Positions 54,828-64,000 of a DNA stretch of 64,000 nucleotides are shown piece by piece. Numbering within the stretch: the first letter of the stretch is position 1; each line of letters opens with the position of its first letter. The notes under the pieces are model-generated. The model was not told the origin of the DNA and ran no database searches. It was given only the letters and a program-made list of their open reading frames with translations. Source of the stretch: Terriglobia bacterium. Its GTDB lineage: Bacteria; Acidobacteriota; Terriglobia; 20CM-2-55-15. The stretch covers positions 160,001 through 224,000 of the forward strand of contig CAXWPJ010000010.1 in NCBI GenBank assembly GCA_963664115.2. The letters run 5' to 3'. A program made the position numbers and the translations under genes.

Positions 54828-56752
54828 ATGAAGTCGATGACGCGAACCGAATTTGAATCGATTGTGAGTGAACACCAGGCCATGGTCTACAGCATCGCTT
54901 ACAATTTTTCCGGTGATGCCTCTGCGGCCGAGGAAATTGCACAAGAGGTGTTTCTACAATTGTTCAAAGTCAGCGACCAACTCGGGACACTGGCACACGT
55001 GAAACACTGGCTTCGCCGTACTACGACCCACCGGTCGATTGACCAACTTCGGCGGAAGGGCCGTCGTGGCGAGGTGCCGATGGACGCCCTTCCCGAAATA
55101 TCGGCGCCCAACCGTGAACGCGACCCCCTGATCACCCAAAGGCTCCAGCGATTGGTTCGTGCGTTGCCCGAGAAGCCGAGGGCCGTCGTTCTTCTTCGTT
55201 ACGGTGAAGATATGGATGTGGGAGAGATCGGAGAGATTCTGGAGATGCCTGTAGCGACAGTAGAGTTATAACCGAATCTGGTGTTTGAGGGATTGAATAA
55301 GAGCGGCGTATCTGGTTGATTTGTTGTGACAAAACTTCAAAGCAACCATAGGAGATACGCCACTGTGAGCAAGAGTAACGTGAATGGACCGGAAGGTCGA
55401 GAAACGATTGAGGATCCAGTAACAGAACTACTACGAGTTGGGGCACAGCAACTGATCCAACGCGCAGTGGAAGCCGAATTGGCAGAGCTGCTATCCCAGC
55501 ACGGTGGCCGGCGAACTGAGACAGGAAACGCCGGGGTGGTACGCAACGGTTATCTGCCGGAACGCGAACTGCAGACGGGATTGGGTCCGGTAACAGTCCA
55601 AATCCCGAAGGTCCGTGCCAAGACGGGCGAAGCTGTGACGTTCCGATCGGCCCTGGTACCACCGTACATTCGGAAGACGAAGTCGCTGGAAGCAGCGGTG
55701 CCGTGGTTGTATTTGAAAGGCGTTTCCAGCGGCGAGATGGGTGAGGCCCTAAAAGTTCTTGTCGGTCCCCAGGCGCAGGGTCTGTCGGCGAGCACGGTAT
55801 CGCGGTTGAAACAGGTTTGGGGCGAACAGTACCGCCTCGGATGCGAGGAGCGTTTGGATGCAGATCGCTGGGTCTATGTCTGGGCCGACGGCATCTACAG
55901 CGGACTTCGGGCGGAACAAACCAAGTTGTGTGCATTGGTCGTGATCGGCGTGAATGAACGCGGAGAGAAGCGTTTCCTGGCGATCGAAGACGGTGTACGG
56001 GAATCGACACAGAGTTGGCGCGAGGTCTTGTTGAAGCTGAAGTCCCGTGGGATGAATGTTCCGAAGTTGGCCATCGGTGACGGTGCGATGGGGTTCTGGG
56101 CCGCACTGGAGGAAATCTATCCCGAGACACGTCAACAACGTTGCTGGATGCACAAAGTCATGAACGTCCTCAACTGCCTGCCCAAGTCGGTCCAGGCGAA
56201 GGCGAAACAGGCCCTGCACTCGATCTGGCAGGCCGAGACGAAGGCAGACGCCGAGAAGGCATTCGACTTGTTCATTGAAACCTATGAACCGAAGTATCCG
56301 AAAGCCACACTCTGCCTGCAGAAAGACAGAGAGGAACTGCTGGCCTTTTACGACTTTCCGGCCAAGCACTGGCAGAGCATCAGAACGACGAATCCCATTG
56401 AGTCGACCTTTGCCACCATTCGACACCGAACGAAGCGATCCAGAGGTTGCCTGACACGGGATGGCATGCTGCACATGATGTTCAAACTGGGCCAGTGCGC
56501 TGAGAACAATTGGCGACGATTACGAGGATTCGATGATCTGAGCAAGGTAATCATCGGAGTGAAATTCAACGATGGTGTCGAAGCGACACAAGTCGATCAG
56601 GCCGCCGCTTGAATCAATCTCCTAAACACCACTTTTGACAATAACTCGCGACAGTATGGAGCCATCTCAAGCGCAGCATTGCGATGCTGCGAGACAAATT
56701 CAGCCTCGACACGGAGGAGAAACATGAACGAGTTCGAACGGAATCTTCGTGA
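54828..56752 (+). pseudogene. ECF sigma factor interrupted by IS256
   Basis: AEEIAQEVFLQL, WLRRTTTHRSIDQLRR; removing the IS restores EMPVATV|WSHLKRSIAMLR. Confidence 0.88.
55263..56647 (+). mobile_element. IS256-family element copy 3 (transposase 55326-56612)
   Basis: 9-bp target duplication GCGACAGTA (55254-55262, 56648-56656). Confidence 0.96.
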
Positions 56753-57053
56753 CGCACTGGCGCGACGTTCCCCGAGGGAAGGTTTCACCGACAGGGTTCT
56801 GGACCAGGCCAAGCATTCCCGTTTGCAGCACAGTTCCCGTCGATGGGTCCGTTGGGCGGTCGCCGCTGCGTCGATTCTGGTTCTGACCACGGCTCTGTTG
56901 ATCCGTTCTGATCGAATTGAACGTGTCCGAGGCGAGCAGGCTAAGGAAGAGGTGCTGCTGGCGCTGAGAGTGGTAGGTCGAACGCTGAACCAGGTAGAGG
57001 AACGCGTCCGGCAGGCCCAGCCCTTACGCGTCGGGCAACCGGATAACAACTAA
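56724..57053 (+). CDS. Putative anti-sigma factor (single TM)
   Basis: Follows the ECF gene; FERNLRDAL..PREGFTDRVL, WAVAAASILV. Confidence 0.7.
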   Translation: MNEFERNLRDALARRSPREGFTDRVLDQAKHSRLQHSSRRWVRWAVAAASILVLTTALLIRSDRIERVRGEQAKEEVLLALRVVGRTLNQVEERVRQAQPLRVGQPDNN

Positions 57054-57068
57054 AGTTGAGGAGGTTTC

Positions 57069-57668
57069 ATGCACCCATTAATTCTGATTTGCATGCTTAT
57101 CGTTGGTGTACCGCTTGGGGCACAGACGATCGACCTTTCGTCTCTGGAGGGCCTGAGGGAAAATGCGGATAACGTCGTTTCGGTGAGTATCGGTCCGGAA
57201 CTATTGGCGTTCGCAAACGCCTTCTTGTCCGATGAAGACGAGGAAGAGGCCGCGGCACTCCAAGTCACCGAGCGCCTTAAAGCCATCGAGGTTCGCGTTT
57301 TCGAGTTCAACGAGCCGGGGCAATACGACAATGAAGATCTCGACGCCGTCTGGAAACAGTTGGACGCTGACGGCTGGAATCGAATCGTTGAAATCGACCA
57401 AGAGGACTCCCAAACTGGTGTTTGGATGTACATGGAACCGGAAGTGGCAAGGGCCTCAGGAACGGTAGGTGGTATGGCTGTATTGGTCGAGGAAGACGAT
57501 AAAATCGTTCTAGTCAATATCGTTGGGTCCATCAGTCCCGCGGATCTCGCCGCTCTGGGTGCACAATTCGACTTGAGCGACTTAGCTGATCTCGCTGATC
57601 TTGGGAACGACGACGATGAGGAAAATGATGAAGACGACGATGCTGATGGTGACAACGAGAATGATTGA
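57069..57668 (+). CDS. DUF4252-like secreted protein
   Basis: Signal peptide, LKAIEVRVFEF, GWNRIV, LVNIVGSI; typical third gene of ECF/anti-sigma operons. Confidence 0.75.
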   Translation: MHPLILICMLIVGVPLGAQTIDLSSLEGLRENADNVVSVSIGPELLAFANAFLSDEDEEEAAALQVTERLKAIEVRVFEFNEPGQYDNEDLDAVWKQLDADGWNRIVEIDQEDSQTGVWMYMEPEVARASGTVGGMAVLVEEDDKIVLVNIVGSISPADLAALGAQFDLSDLADLADLGNDDDEENDEDDDADGDNEND

Positions 57669-57779
57669 CGATTCTGTGGTTTTATCTGGCAGCCACGAAC
57701 GCCGTACCAACTCGACGCTAAGTCGCGGGGTTTAGAGGACCACTCAACGTACTCGATGGTTCCTTCCAGAGAATGTGAA

Positions 57780-57817
57780 TTCTCAACGTCCGAGAAGATG
57801 ATTTATCAGGGCTTGAC
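57780..57817 (+). repeat. dif-like palindromic site 3
   Basis: TTCTCA-ACGTCCGAGAA-GATGAT-TTATCAGGGCT-TGAC. Confidence 0.8.
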
Positions 57818-57825
57818 CCCGAAAA

Positions 57826-57920
57826 TCACGGCACCGGCACCCGTTCCTTCAGTTCTTCAAACCAGTTCAGGACGATGTTGATTTGGCTGACACATGCGGC
57901 CTTCTGGTTCGAGTCGGCTG
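57826..57920 (-). pseudogene. 3' remnant of a Ser/Thr kinase-PD40/TolB-type gene
   Basis: QINIVLNWFEELKERVPVP* resembles the conserved C-terminus of these proteins (recalled, not searched). Confidence 0.6.
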
Positions 57921-57922
57921 CC

Positions 57923-59824
57923 TCACTCTGCCGTACCCTCGCTGTCCGGTAGTGTGTGAGCAATGGCCAACGCCGCCCACCCCGTTCCAGCCGCCGAGAT
58001 CCACTGATTTCTGCCAAACGGAAAACCACTCTCGAAGTAGATCTGGCTGGGAAAAGCCCGCGTTTGCACGAACCACGCGCCATCCTGATACTGGCTGGCG
58101 AGCAGAAACGCTATACCTCGGCGGTACGGCTCTCCAATAACCGAGGCGCCTGCCTCGTGCAGGGCGAAGAGGGAGAGTCCAGTGGCATATGCGTCGGATT
58201 CCAACTGAGTCAGTTGCGACCAACCTCCATCGGCTCTCTGCTCCGCCAGGATCTCGTTCATTGCTTCTATGACTGTGGCTTGAGGCGCGCCCGCCGAGAC
58301 TAACCCCATGAGCCGCATGGCCCGTTCTTCAGCCGATGACGCCTCTACAGATACCAGCCAGTCTTGTGCCTTCAGAAGGGCACGCTCGATCTCTATCTGA
58401 CGGCCCGGGATCGGATAGAGCGTTAATCCCCGTAAGGCCATCGCCGTATGGCTGACGGTGCTGTATTCCATTGGTGGCCGGTTAACGCCGTTTCCAAGCC
58501 AACTCCCATCGGGCATTTGTGAGGCAAGGGCCCAATGGATCGCTGATGCTGTTACTTTGTTCAATGGATAGTTCTCTGCCGCCAACGCCATCAGGCCATA
58601 ACCGAGCGTCATAGCGTGCCCACCCGGCACTCCCCCTTGTCCCTGCATCATCCCGGGCGAGGCTCGCTGCAGAACGGCCAGTATGTCGTCAAGATTTTCT
58701 TGGGCAAGCTCTTCATTCACGGCGATGCCCTTCGTACGGGCCTCGGCAGCTGCCGAGGCAGGTAGCGTGTTGTGGTGACAGGTGTAGCATGCACGTCGTT
58801 CATACATTAGTGGAGTGGATCGCAGCAACAAACGGACACTCCTAGTGACTGAAACGCGAGCATCTGAAATGCCTCGTGGGTCTGGAGGCGGGAACCCCTC
58901 TCGCCGTGGACCCGCACCTCGCTCCGCACCATACTCCTCCAGTATGTCTATCTTGTCTTGATCGGACCTGTATATAGCCCAATCGAGAGGCCGCTCTCCT
59001 TCCGTGCTCTCTGCGTTCGGATCGGCTCCATTCTCTAGCAAGACCTCTAAGGTCTCTCGTCCCGCGAGTTCGGAGGAGGCGGCAGTCATCAAAGGTGTTC
59101 TCTGGTACGACGTTCGATTGACCGCATTGACGTCGGCACCCATCGCAATCCAGCTGCGAATCAAATCGGGTTCCTGCCAATTCGTCGCCCTATCCAAAAT
59201 ATTGTCGGGAACGTTAACGCCTCGCGACATTAAGTAGTCAATAGCGGGCTTGTAGGGACGTCTAAAAAACGCGGCATTCGGGGCTTCAGGTTCGAGATCG
59301 TTCTCCACCAGGAAGCGAACCACATCAACATCGGCGGTGCGGGCCAGAGAGAACGCGTCTTCGCCAGTGTTGTCTTCCGCGTGAATGTCGGCTCCACTGT
59401 CAACGAGCAATTGGAGCAGGTCTGCAGTCAAGGGGTAAGCAGACGCAATGAGGGCAGGCGTTCTGCCTAGGTTGGATTGGGCGTTGACGTCGGCTCCATG
59501 CTCGATCAGCAAGCGAACCTTGTCAAGATTAGGCACGGCCCACATCAGGGCACTCGCCCCCGTCTGATCTGTCACGTTTGGATCTGCGCCGTCGTCTAGT
59601 AATACTTCAACAGACACCACATCAGCAAACAGGACGGCGAGCATCAGGACGGGTGTGCCGTCTTCATCCACGATATTGGATTCAACGCCACTACGAAGCA
59701 GTCGCTCGATTTCGGCAGAGTTCGCCCTTTGCACTGCCTCAATAAGCGACTCTTCTGGATTGTTGGTCTGCGCAAAGAGAGTCGCAGTCAGGAGCGTAAT
59801 AAACAACAGGCGAGCGAGACGCAT
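57923..59824 (-). CDS. Secreted ankyrin-repeat protein with CxxCH motif and prenyltransferase/squalene-oxidase repeats
   Basis: Multiple GADPN/GADVN ankyrin repeats, CYTCHH, QMPDGSW/QRADGGW/QYQDGAW repeats. Confidence 0.85.
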   Translation of the reverse strand: MRLARLLFITLLTATLFAQTNNPEESLIEAVQRANSAEIERLLRSGVESNIVDEDGTPVLMLAVLFADVVSVEVLLDDGADPNVTDQTGASALMWAVPNLDKVRLLIEHGADVNAQSNLGRTPALIASAYPLTADLLQLLVDSGADIHAEDNTGEDAFSLARTADVDVVRFLVENDLEPEAPNAAFFRRPYKPAIDYLMSRGVNVPDNILDRATNWQEPDLIRSWIAMGADVNAVNRTSYQRTPLMTAASSELAGRETLEVLLENGADPNAESTEGERPLDWAIYRSDQDKIDILEEYGAERGAGPRREGFPPPDPRGISDARVSVTRSVRLLLRSTPLMYERRACYTCHHNTLPASAAAEARTKGIAVNEELAQENLDDILAVLQRASPGMMQGQGGVPGGHAMTLGYGLMALAAENYPLNKVTASAIHWALASQMPDGSWLGNGVNRPPMEYSTVSHTAMALRGLTLYPIPGRQIEIERALLKAQDWLVSVEASSAEERAMRLMGLVSAGAPQATVIEAMNEILAEQRADGGWSQLTQLESDAYATGLSLFALHEAGASVIGEPYRRGIAFLLASQYQDGAWFVQTRAFPSQIYFESGFPFGRNQWISAAGTGWAALAIAHTLPDSEGTAE

Positions 59825-59935
59825 TATTCCTCCTTATGGCCGAGCTTGGTGCTGAACTCCATGTTTAGTGTGTCGCTGAAAAACCGTGAAAAACTCGGTA
59901 AAAGATACTAGAGGAGTGAGTTAGGCGCTATCAAA

Positions 59936-61226
59936 TTCTCAAGTCCTGAGAAACGAATTCAGATCAACCGGTCGATGCAACACCTGCGTTTAATGTCTCT
60001 GCCGGATTAGCGAAGTCCAGCGTCTCACGAGGTCGCCCGTTGAGCTTCCTTGCGATCATATCCAAATGCTCCTGTGAGTGAACCGACAAATCCGTCCCTT
60101 TAGGAAAATACTGTCGGAGCAAACCGTTCGTGTTTTCGTTCGAACCCCGTTGCCAGGGACTCCTCGGATCGCAAAAGTAAACGGCAATGTCGGTGGCCAG
60201 AGTGAACCGTTTGTGATTGGCCATTTCCAATCCGCGATCCCAGGTCAGTGTTTTATAGAGTTCGGTCGGGAGTTTGTCTGCGTGTTCGATCAGCGCGTTG
60301 ATGACGGTTTCGGTTTCCTTATTCGGAACCTTCACCCGCATCACGTACCGGGAGAAACGTTCGACCAATGTCGCAATGTAGGTGTTGTTCGAACCCGCTA
60401 TGAGATCCCCTTCCCAGTGTCCGGGGACCGCGCGATCTTCAACCGAAGCCGGGCGCTCACGGATCGATATCAGATCCGGGATCTGCCCGCCACCCCGGCC
60501 TTTGCGACTGGCATGCTGGGACCGGCGAATCGTGCGTTTGGTCCGTAGATGCTGTGTCAGTTCTTTCTTCAGAGCCCCGCGGGCCTGGATGAAAAGGCTG
60601 CGATAGATCGTTTCGTGTGACACGTAAAGTGACTCGTCGTCTGGATATTCGCGTTTCAGCCAACCCGCAATTTGTCGCGGTGCCCAATCCTCCCGGAGCT
60701 TCTCTTCGACGATCCCGCGTAAGCTGGGATAGCGGATCAGTCGACATCTCTTCGGGCGGTGAGCCCGTTCCCATGCGCGTTCATCCGCCTCCAACGCTCG
60801 ATAGTTATCATAGCCCCCATTGCGACCGATCTCCCGACTGACTGTGGAGGGTGTACGCGACAGCGACTCGGCAATTGAACGGATCGATCCCTTGGCGGCA
60901 ATGCCTCGGGAAATCTCTTCACGCTCGGCGAGGGTCAGCGCCCGCTTAGAGCGGCATCGTGTCCTGGGACAGATTCCACCATACGGTGCGATCTGACCAT
61001 AAACCGAAGAGCCCTCCTTTCCGAACACACGTCCGATCGCTTTCAGACTCTCTCCCCGCTGCCAGCGAATCCACACCTCGTCTATATCGGCGAGTGTGTA
61101 GCCTCGCCGCACCCGGTCTTTACTCTGTTTCTTCCGTCGTTTCTTACGCATACACTCCACCTCCTCCTTTTAGGTACAGTGTTGCATCGATCTGTTGAGA
61201 TCACCGACATTGTCGGACGTTGAGAA
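59936..61226 (-). repeat. dif-like site 4 (inverted), split centrally by IS30
   Basis: TTCTCA-AGTCCTGAGAA-ACGA[IS]GACA-TTGTCGGACGT-TGAGAA; 2-bp GA duplication. Confidence 0.82.
59957..61205 (-). mobile_element. IS30-family element (transposase 59964-61160)
   Basis: 26-bp IRs ending TCAAC.G.TCGATGCAACA; GHWEGDL, TWDRGLEM, PWQRGSNENTNGLLRQY. Confidence 0.93.
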
Positions 61227-61285
61227 TTGCTTTGGCTTGATCAGAGCCTTCTCAGTCAATGTTTGCATGCAGTTGGGGCATTTGG

Positions 61286-61480
61286 CGGTCTCCAGAGCCC
61301 AAACATCTCCCTGCTGTTCGTAGCGCAGCAAATAGGTCTTACCGTTAGTCGTGCGAACCTTGAGGTACTCGGCGTCGGGTTCGAACCAACGGTTCTCGAC
61401 GGAAGCAATCTCGTAGGCTTCTTCGTGCAGAAGCACATAGGGAAGCGCGGATTCGTTGGTTAGCCACCCGCTACCTGTCG
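61286..61480 (-). pseudogene. Remnant of a small conserved hypothetical protein
   Basis: YEIASVENRWFEPDAEYLKVRTTNGKTYLLRY...W pattern; no clean start or stop. Confidence 0.4.
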
Positions 61481-61642
61481 TGGACAACCTTGAAAACCTG
61501 CCCTCCTGAGTTGACGATGCCCTGCGGCACTTTGCCGTCCAGCCGTTCCAGAATTTCCCGCAAGGCCGTGGCGTTCCCTTCCATGCCAAGTGCAATCCAC
61601 GGAGGGAGTCGTCGCCCAGATTTAATCCCACGAGCCTCCAGG

Positions 61643-62512
61643 TCACAGAAGCCGCGCCAGATCCTGCGGCAGCGGTGATTCAAACCTTAGAAGTTCTGCA
61701 GACAACGGGTGCTTGAATTGCAGGGAACTAGCGTGCAATCCCAGTCGCTGGGCAGGATTCGTGCGGGCCTCATATTTGTGATCGCCGATGATCGGACATT
61801 CCGCATCAGCCAGATGCACCCGGATTTGATTGCGCCGACCCGTCTCTGGTGTCAGTTCGATCAACGCGCGGGTCCCGATTCGCTTCATCACCCGGTAATG
61901 GGTCACCGAATGGCGTGTCCGCTCGCTGGGAGGGGCGCTGTAGACCTTGAAGGGGCTGCTCTCATCCAGGTGTGACCTCAGCACGCCGTGGTCAGCCGGT
62001 GGATTTCCTTCCACCACTGCCAGGTAGCGTTTTTCGGCCTTGTACCAATGTGTTTGCAGCGCGTGCTTCGCCGCCTCCGTCTTCGCAAAAACCATTAGCC
62101 CGGACGTCTCGCGGTCCAACCGGTGGACGATCCACACCCGCTCCGGGCTCTGAGGATTGCCGCGGCGCACGTAGTCAGTTAGAAAGGCATAGGCTGTCTT
62201 GTCCCGTTCCGTCGCGTTGGCCATGCTCAGCAGATTCTCGGGCTTCTCGATGACAATTAGCGACGCATCCTCAAACAATACCTTCATTCCCGGTGGCAAC
62301 AGACCTTCTGCGCGTACCTCGCCCCTGGGGCGAATCGAAACCAAATCCCCGGTCTCCAGAGGGTGAGTCGAGCGTGTGATCGACCGACCGTTGACTTGAA
62401 CCGACCCGTACTTGAGCCACTGCCGCACCTTTGTCCTCTTCACCTCAGGGCAACAGGCAAAAAGAAAGGCCAGAAGTTCCGCAGGGTGTTCGACAGTGTG
62501 AGATGCGGGCAT
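61643..62512 (-). CDS. RluA-family pseudouridine synthase
   Basis: VIEKP, VHRLDRETSGL, TGRRNQIRVH, PIIGD.KY, LHA. Confidence 0.93.
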   Translation of the reverse strand: MPASHTVEHPAELLAFLFACCPEVKRTKVRQWLKYGSVQVNGRSITRSTHPLETGDLVSIRPRGEVRAEGLLPPGMKVLFEDASLIVIEKPENLLSMANATERDKTAYAFLTDYVRRGNPQSPERVWIVHRLDRETSGLMVFAKTEAAKHALQTHWYKAEKRYLAVVEGNPPADHGVLRSHLDESSPFKVYSAPPSERTRHSVTHYRVMKRIGTRALIELTPETGRRNQIRVHLADAECPIIGDHKYEARTNPAQRLGLHASSLQFKHPLSAELLRFESPLPQDLARLL

Positions 62513-62672
62513 GACGCTGTGTTGCAGTGAAACAGGCTCCCGAAGCTATCAGGCAATCGGAGAACGCGACGCAGACGAAAGGCGGACCAGACCCTTGACT
62601 TCGCTCACGCCAACAGTCTAGCCGGTAACGAGGCTGGTGGCGATTCTGTCGGCGATTGGCAGGACAATCAAA

Positions 62673-62711
62673 GTCTCAAGTCCTGTTAAACGGTATTGTG
62701 TCATTTGAGAA
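62673..62711 (-). repeat. dif-like site 5 (inverted, degenerate)
   Basis: GTCTCA-AGTCCTGTTAA-ACGGTA-TTGTGTCATT-TGAGAA (one arm 1 nt short). Confidence 0.6.
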
Positions 62712-62730
62712 ATGCCTGAAATACGGGGGT

Positions 62731-62768
62731 TTTTCAACTTCCGACGAGATGATTTATCAGGACTTGAC
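62731..62768 (+). repeat. dif-like palindromic site 6
   Basis: TTTTCA-ACTTCCGACGA-GATGAT-TTATCAGGACT-TGAC. Confidence 0.8.
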
Positions 62769-62776
62769 CTTGGAAA

Positions 62777-62814
62777 TCAGGGAACCGGCACTCGTTCCTT
62801 CAGTTCTTACGCCC
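62777..62814 (-). repeat. ELKERVPVP* gene-tail copy 2
   Basis: 31 bp (62784-62814) identical to 63485-63515; homologous to 57826-57857. Confidence 0.8.
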
Positions 62815-63170
62815 AACAGGCGCTTTCACGCCACGAAAAACGCAGCCAATTCTCGGTGTGACAAAAACACAACGTCGTCGTCAAAGAGGTTGAGTGACAA
62901 TTTCCTCCACCATCCCACTCACGGGTGTTCGTTGTAATAGGGCACCCGCCATTTTTTTTGACGAAACACCATCGGGCCTCGATTATCTATCCCCTCTGTA
63001 CCGGGCGGAACGGCTTTTCGGCTTTCAGTCCTAAGGGGAAGCTGAGGGACGTCGCCCGGTACGCAAAAGCCTACCGCTCCTTTGTTCTTCTCTAAGTGTT
63101 GCGGCTCGTTGACAAAGCAGCATTCAGAATCGATTAAAATAGAAACAGGGACAAAAACACAAGGTGAGCC

Positions 63171-63425
63171 ATGAAGGATTATTGCACCTGCCGATTTCGA
63201 CGGACTGAGCGAGTCTTTCTGAGTGCGGGCCTCGTTTGCTGCTCGGACTGCGATAAGCCGGTCTGCTGTGCCGCTGTTGCTCTCGATAACGCAGAGGAAC
63301 CCCATGCGGCTGAAATCGCTTACGAAGAAAATTTCGTATGTTGGCGACACTGGGACTGCGTAGCGAATTTGGAAGTGACCCACTCAGCACCCGACAAGGC
63401 TACTCGGGAGGCCAACGCGGCGTGA
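63171..63425 (+). CDS. Small Cys-rich hypothetical protein
   Basis: CTC, CCSDC, CC, CWRH; AAGGTGAG RBS. Confidence 0.5.
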   Translation: MKDYCTCRFRRTERVFLSAGLVCCSDCDKPVCCAAVALDNAEEPHAAEIAYEENFVCWRHWDCVANLEVTHSAPDKATREANAA

Positions 63426-63477
63426 AAAGCGGAAGCGTTGCTGGGTAAGGTCACACAGCGGAAAGAATTGCCGATGC

Positions 63478-63515
63478 TTATGGCACCGGCACTCGTTCCT
63501 TCAGTTCTTACGCCC
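63478..63515 (-). repeat. ELKERVPVP* gene-tail copy 3
   Basis: See 62777-62814. Confidence 0.8.
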
Positions 63516-63703
63516 GCTAGGATCGAATCAATTCCAACGCTGATTGTACAGATCCCTCACTCGATCGCGTGGCCCCCCTCGACCGGCCACGGCTTCATTG
63601 CTATCTGCAAAGGCCTCTTATTTCGTCTATTCTCCTTCTTCAGCCCTGCAGTGAACGTCTTGAGATTTATACATTGGACCATTACTGAGCACGGGAAGGT
63701 TAC

Positions 63704-64000
63704 ATGATCCGAAATTTGTCCAAGAAAGCGATCGGCGTGAAACTGGCCGTCCTTCTTTCTCCGATCTGGCTATCGGCCCAGCGAAATCCCCAGGACACCG
63801 TTCAACGGGCGATCGCCCATTTTGTAGAGCAGGCTCCTGTTCTGGACGGAGTTCTCGACGATGTGGCTTGGCAAAACGCCCTCCCTCTCGTCGATTTCGT
63901 TCAGAGAGATCCGCAGGTGGGACAGCCCACCAGCGAGGGGACACAGGTTCGGGTCGTCTACACGGCACAGGCCATCTACTTCGGCTTTTTATGCCTCGAC
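63704..64000 (+). CDS. CBM9-like/DUF5916-type secreted protein, 5' part (runs off window)
   Basis: MIRNLSKKAIGVKLAVLL...APVLDGVLDDVAWQNA..DFVQRDP.VGQPTSEGTQVRVVYT..AIYFGF.CLD. Confidence 0.75.
   Translation, partial: MIRNLSKKAIGVKLAVLLSPIWLSAQRNPQDTVQRAIAHFVEQAPVLDGVLDDVAWQNALPLVDFVQRDPQVGQPTSEGTQVRVVYTAQAIYFGFLCLD

Overview
High-GC bacterial chromosome segment; gene content suggests an Acidobacteria-like organism (inference). About 1-30 kb is mostly housekeeping: mutS2, larB, UbiA/MqnP-like prenyltransferase, Xaa-Pro peptidase, efp, selA, S41 protease, ABC-F, uvrA, gmhA, tyrA, a cobalamin-riboswitch cobQ/TonB-receptor unit and a CusRS-like pair. It is followed by a partial protocatechuate 4,5-cleavage cluster (ligC, fused ligAB-like, ligK) and a CIRCE-controlled groEL. 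About 39.4-64 kb is a decayed accessory region around tRNA-Ser(TGA), with an integrase module, many IS elements (IS3 x2, IS630, IS256 x3, IS30) and pseudogenes. Unexplained structure seen directly in the sequence: (1) at least 8 full or half copies of a dif-like 11-6-11 palindromic site bracket unrelated gene modules, and IS30 ends sit at the centre of three of them; (2) three copies of a gene 3' tail (ELKERVPVP*), two next to these sites; (3) a Mo-hydroxylase module inserted between lig genes with 31-bp direct repeats; (4) a two-copy ~200-nt intergenic structured element with compensatory base changes.
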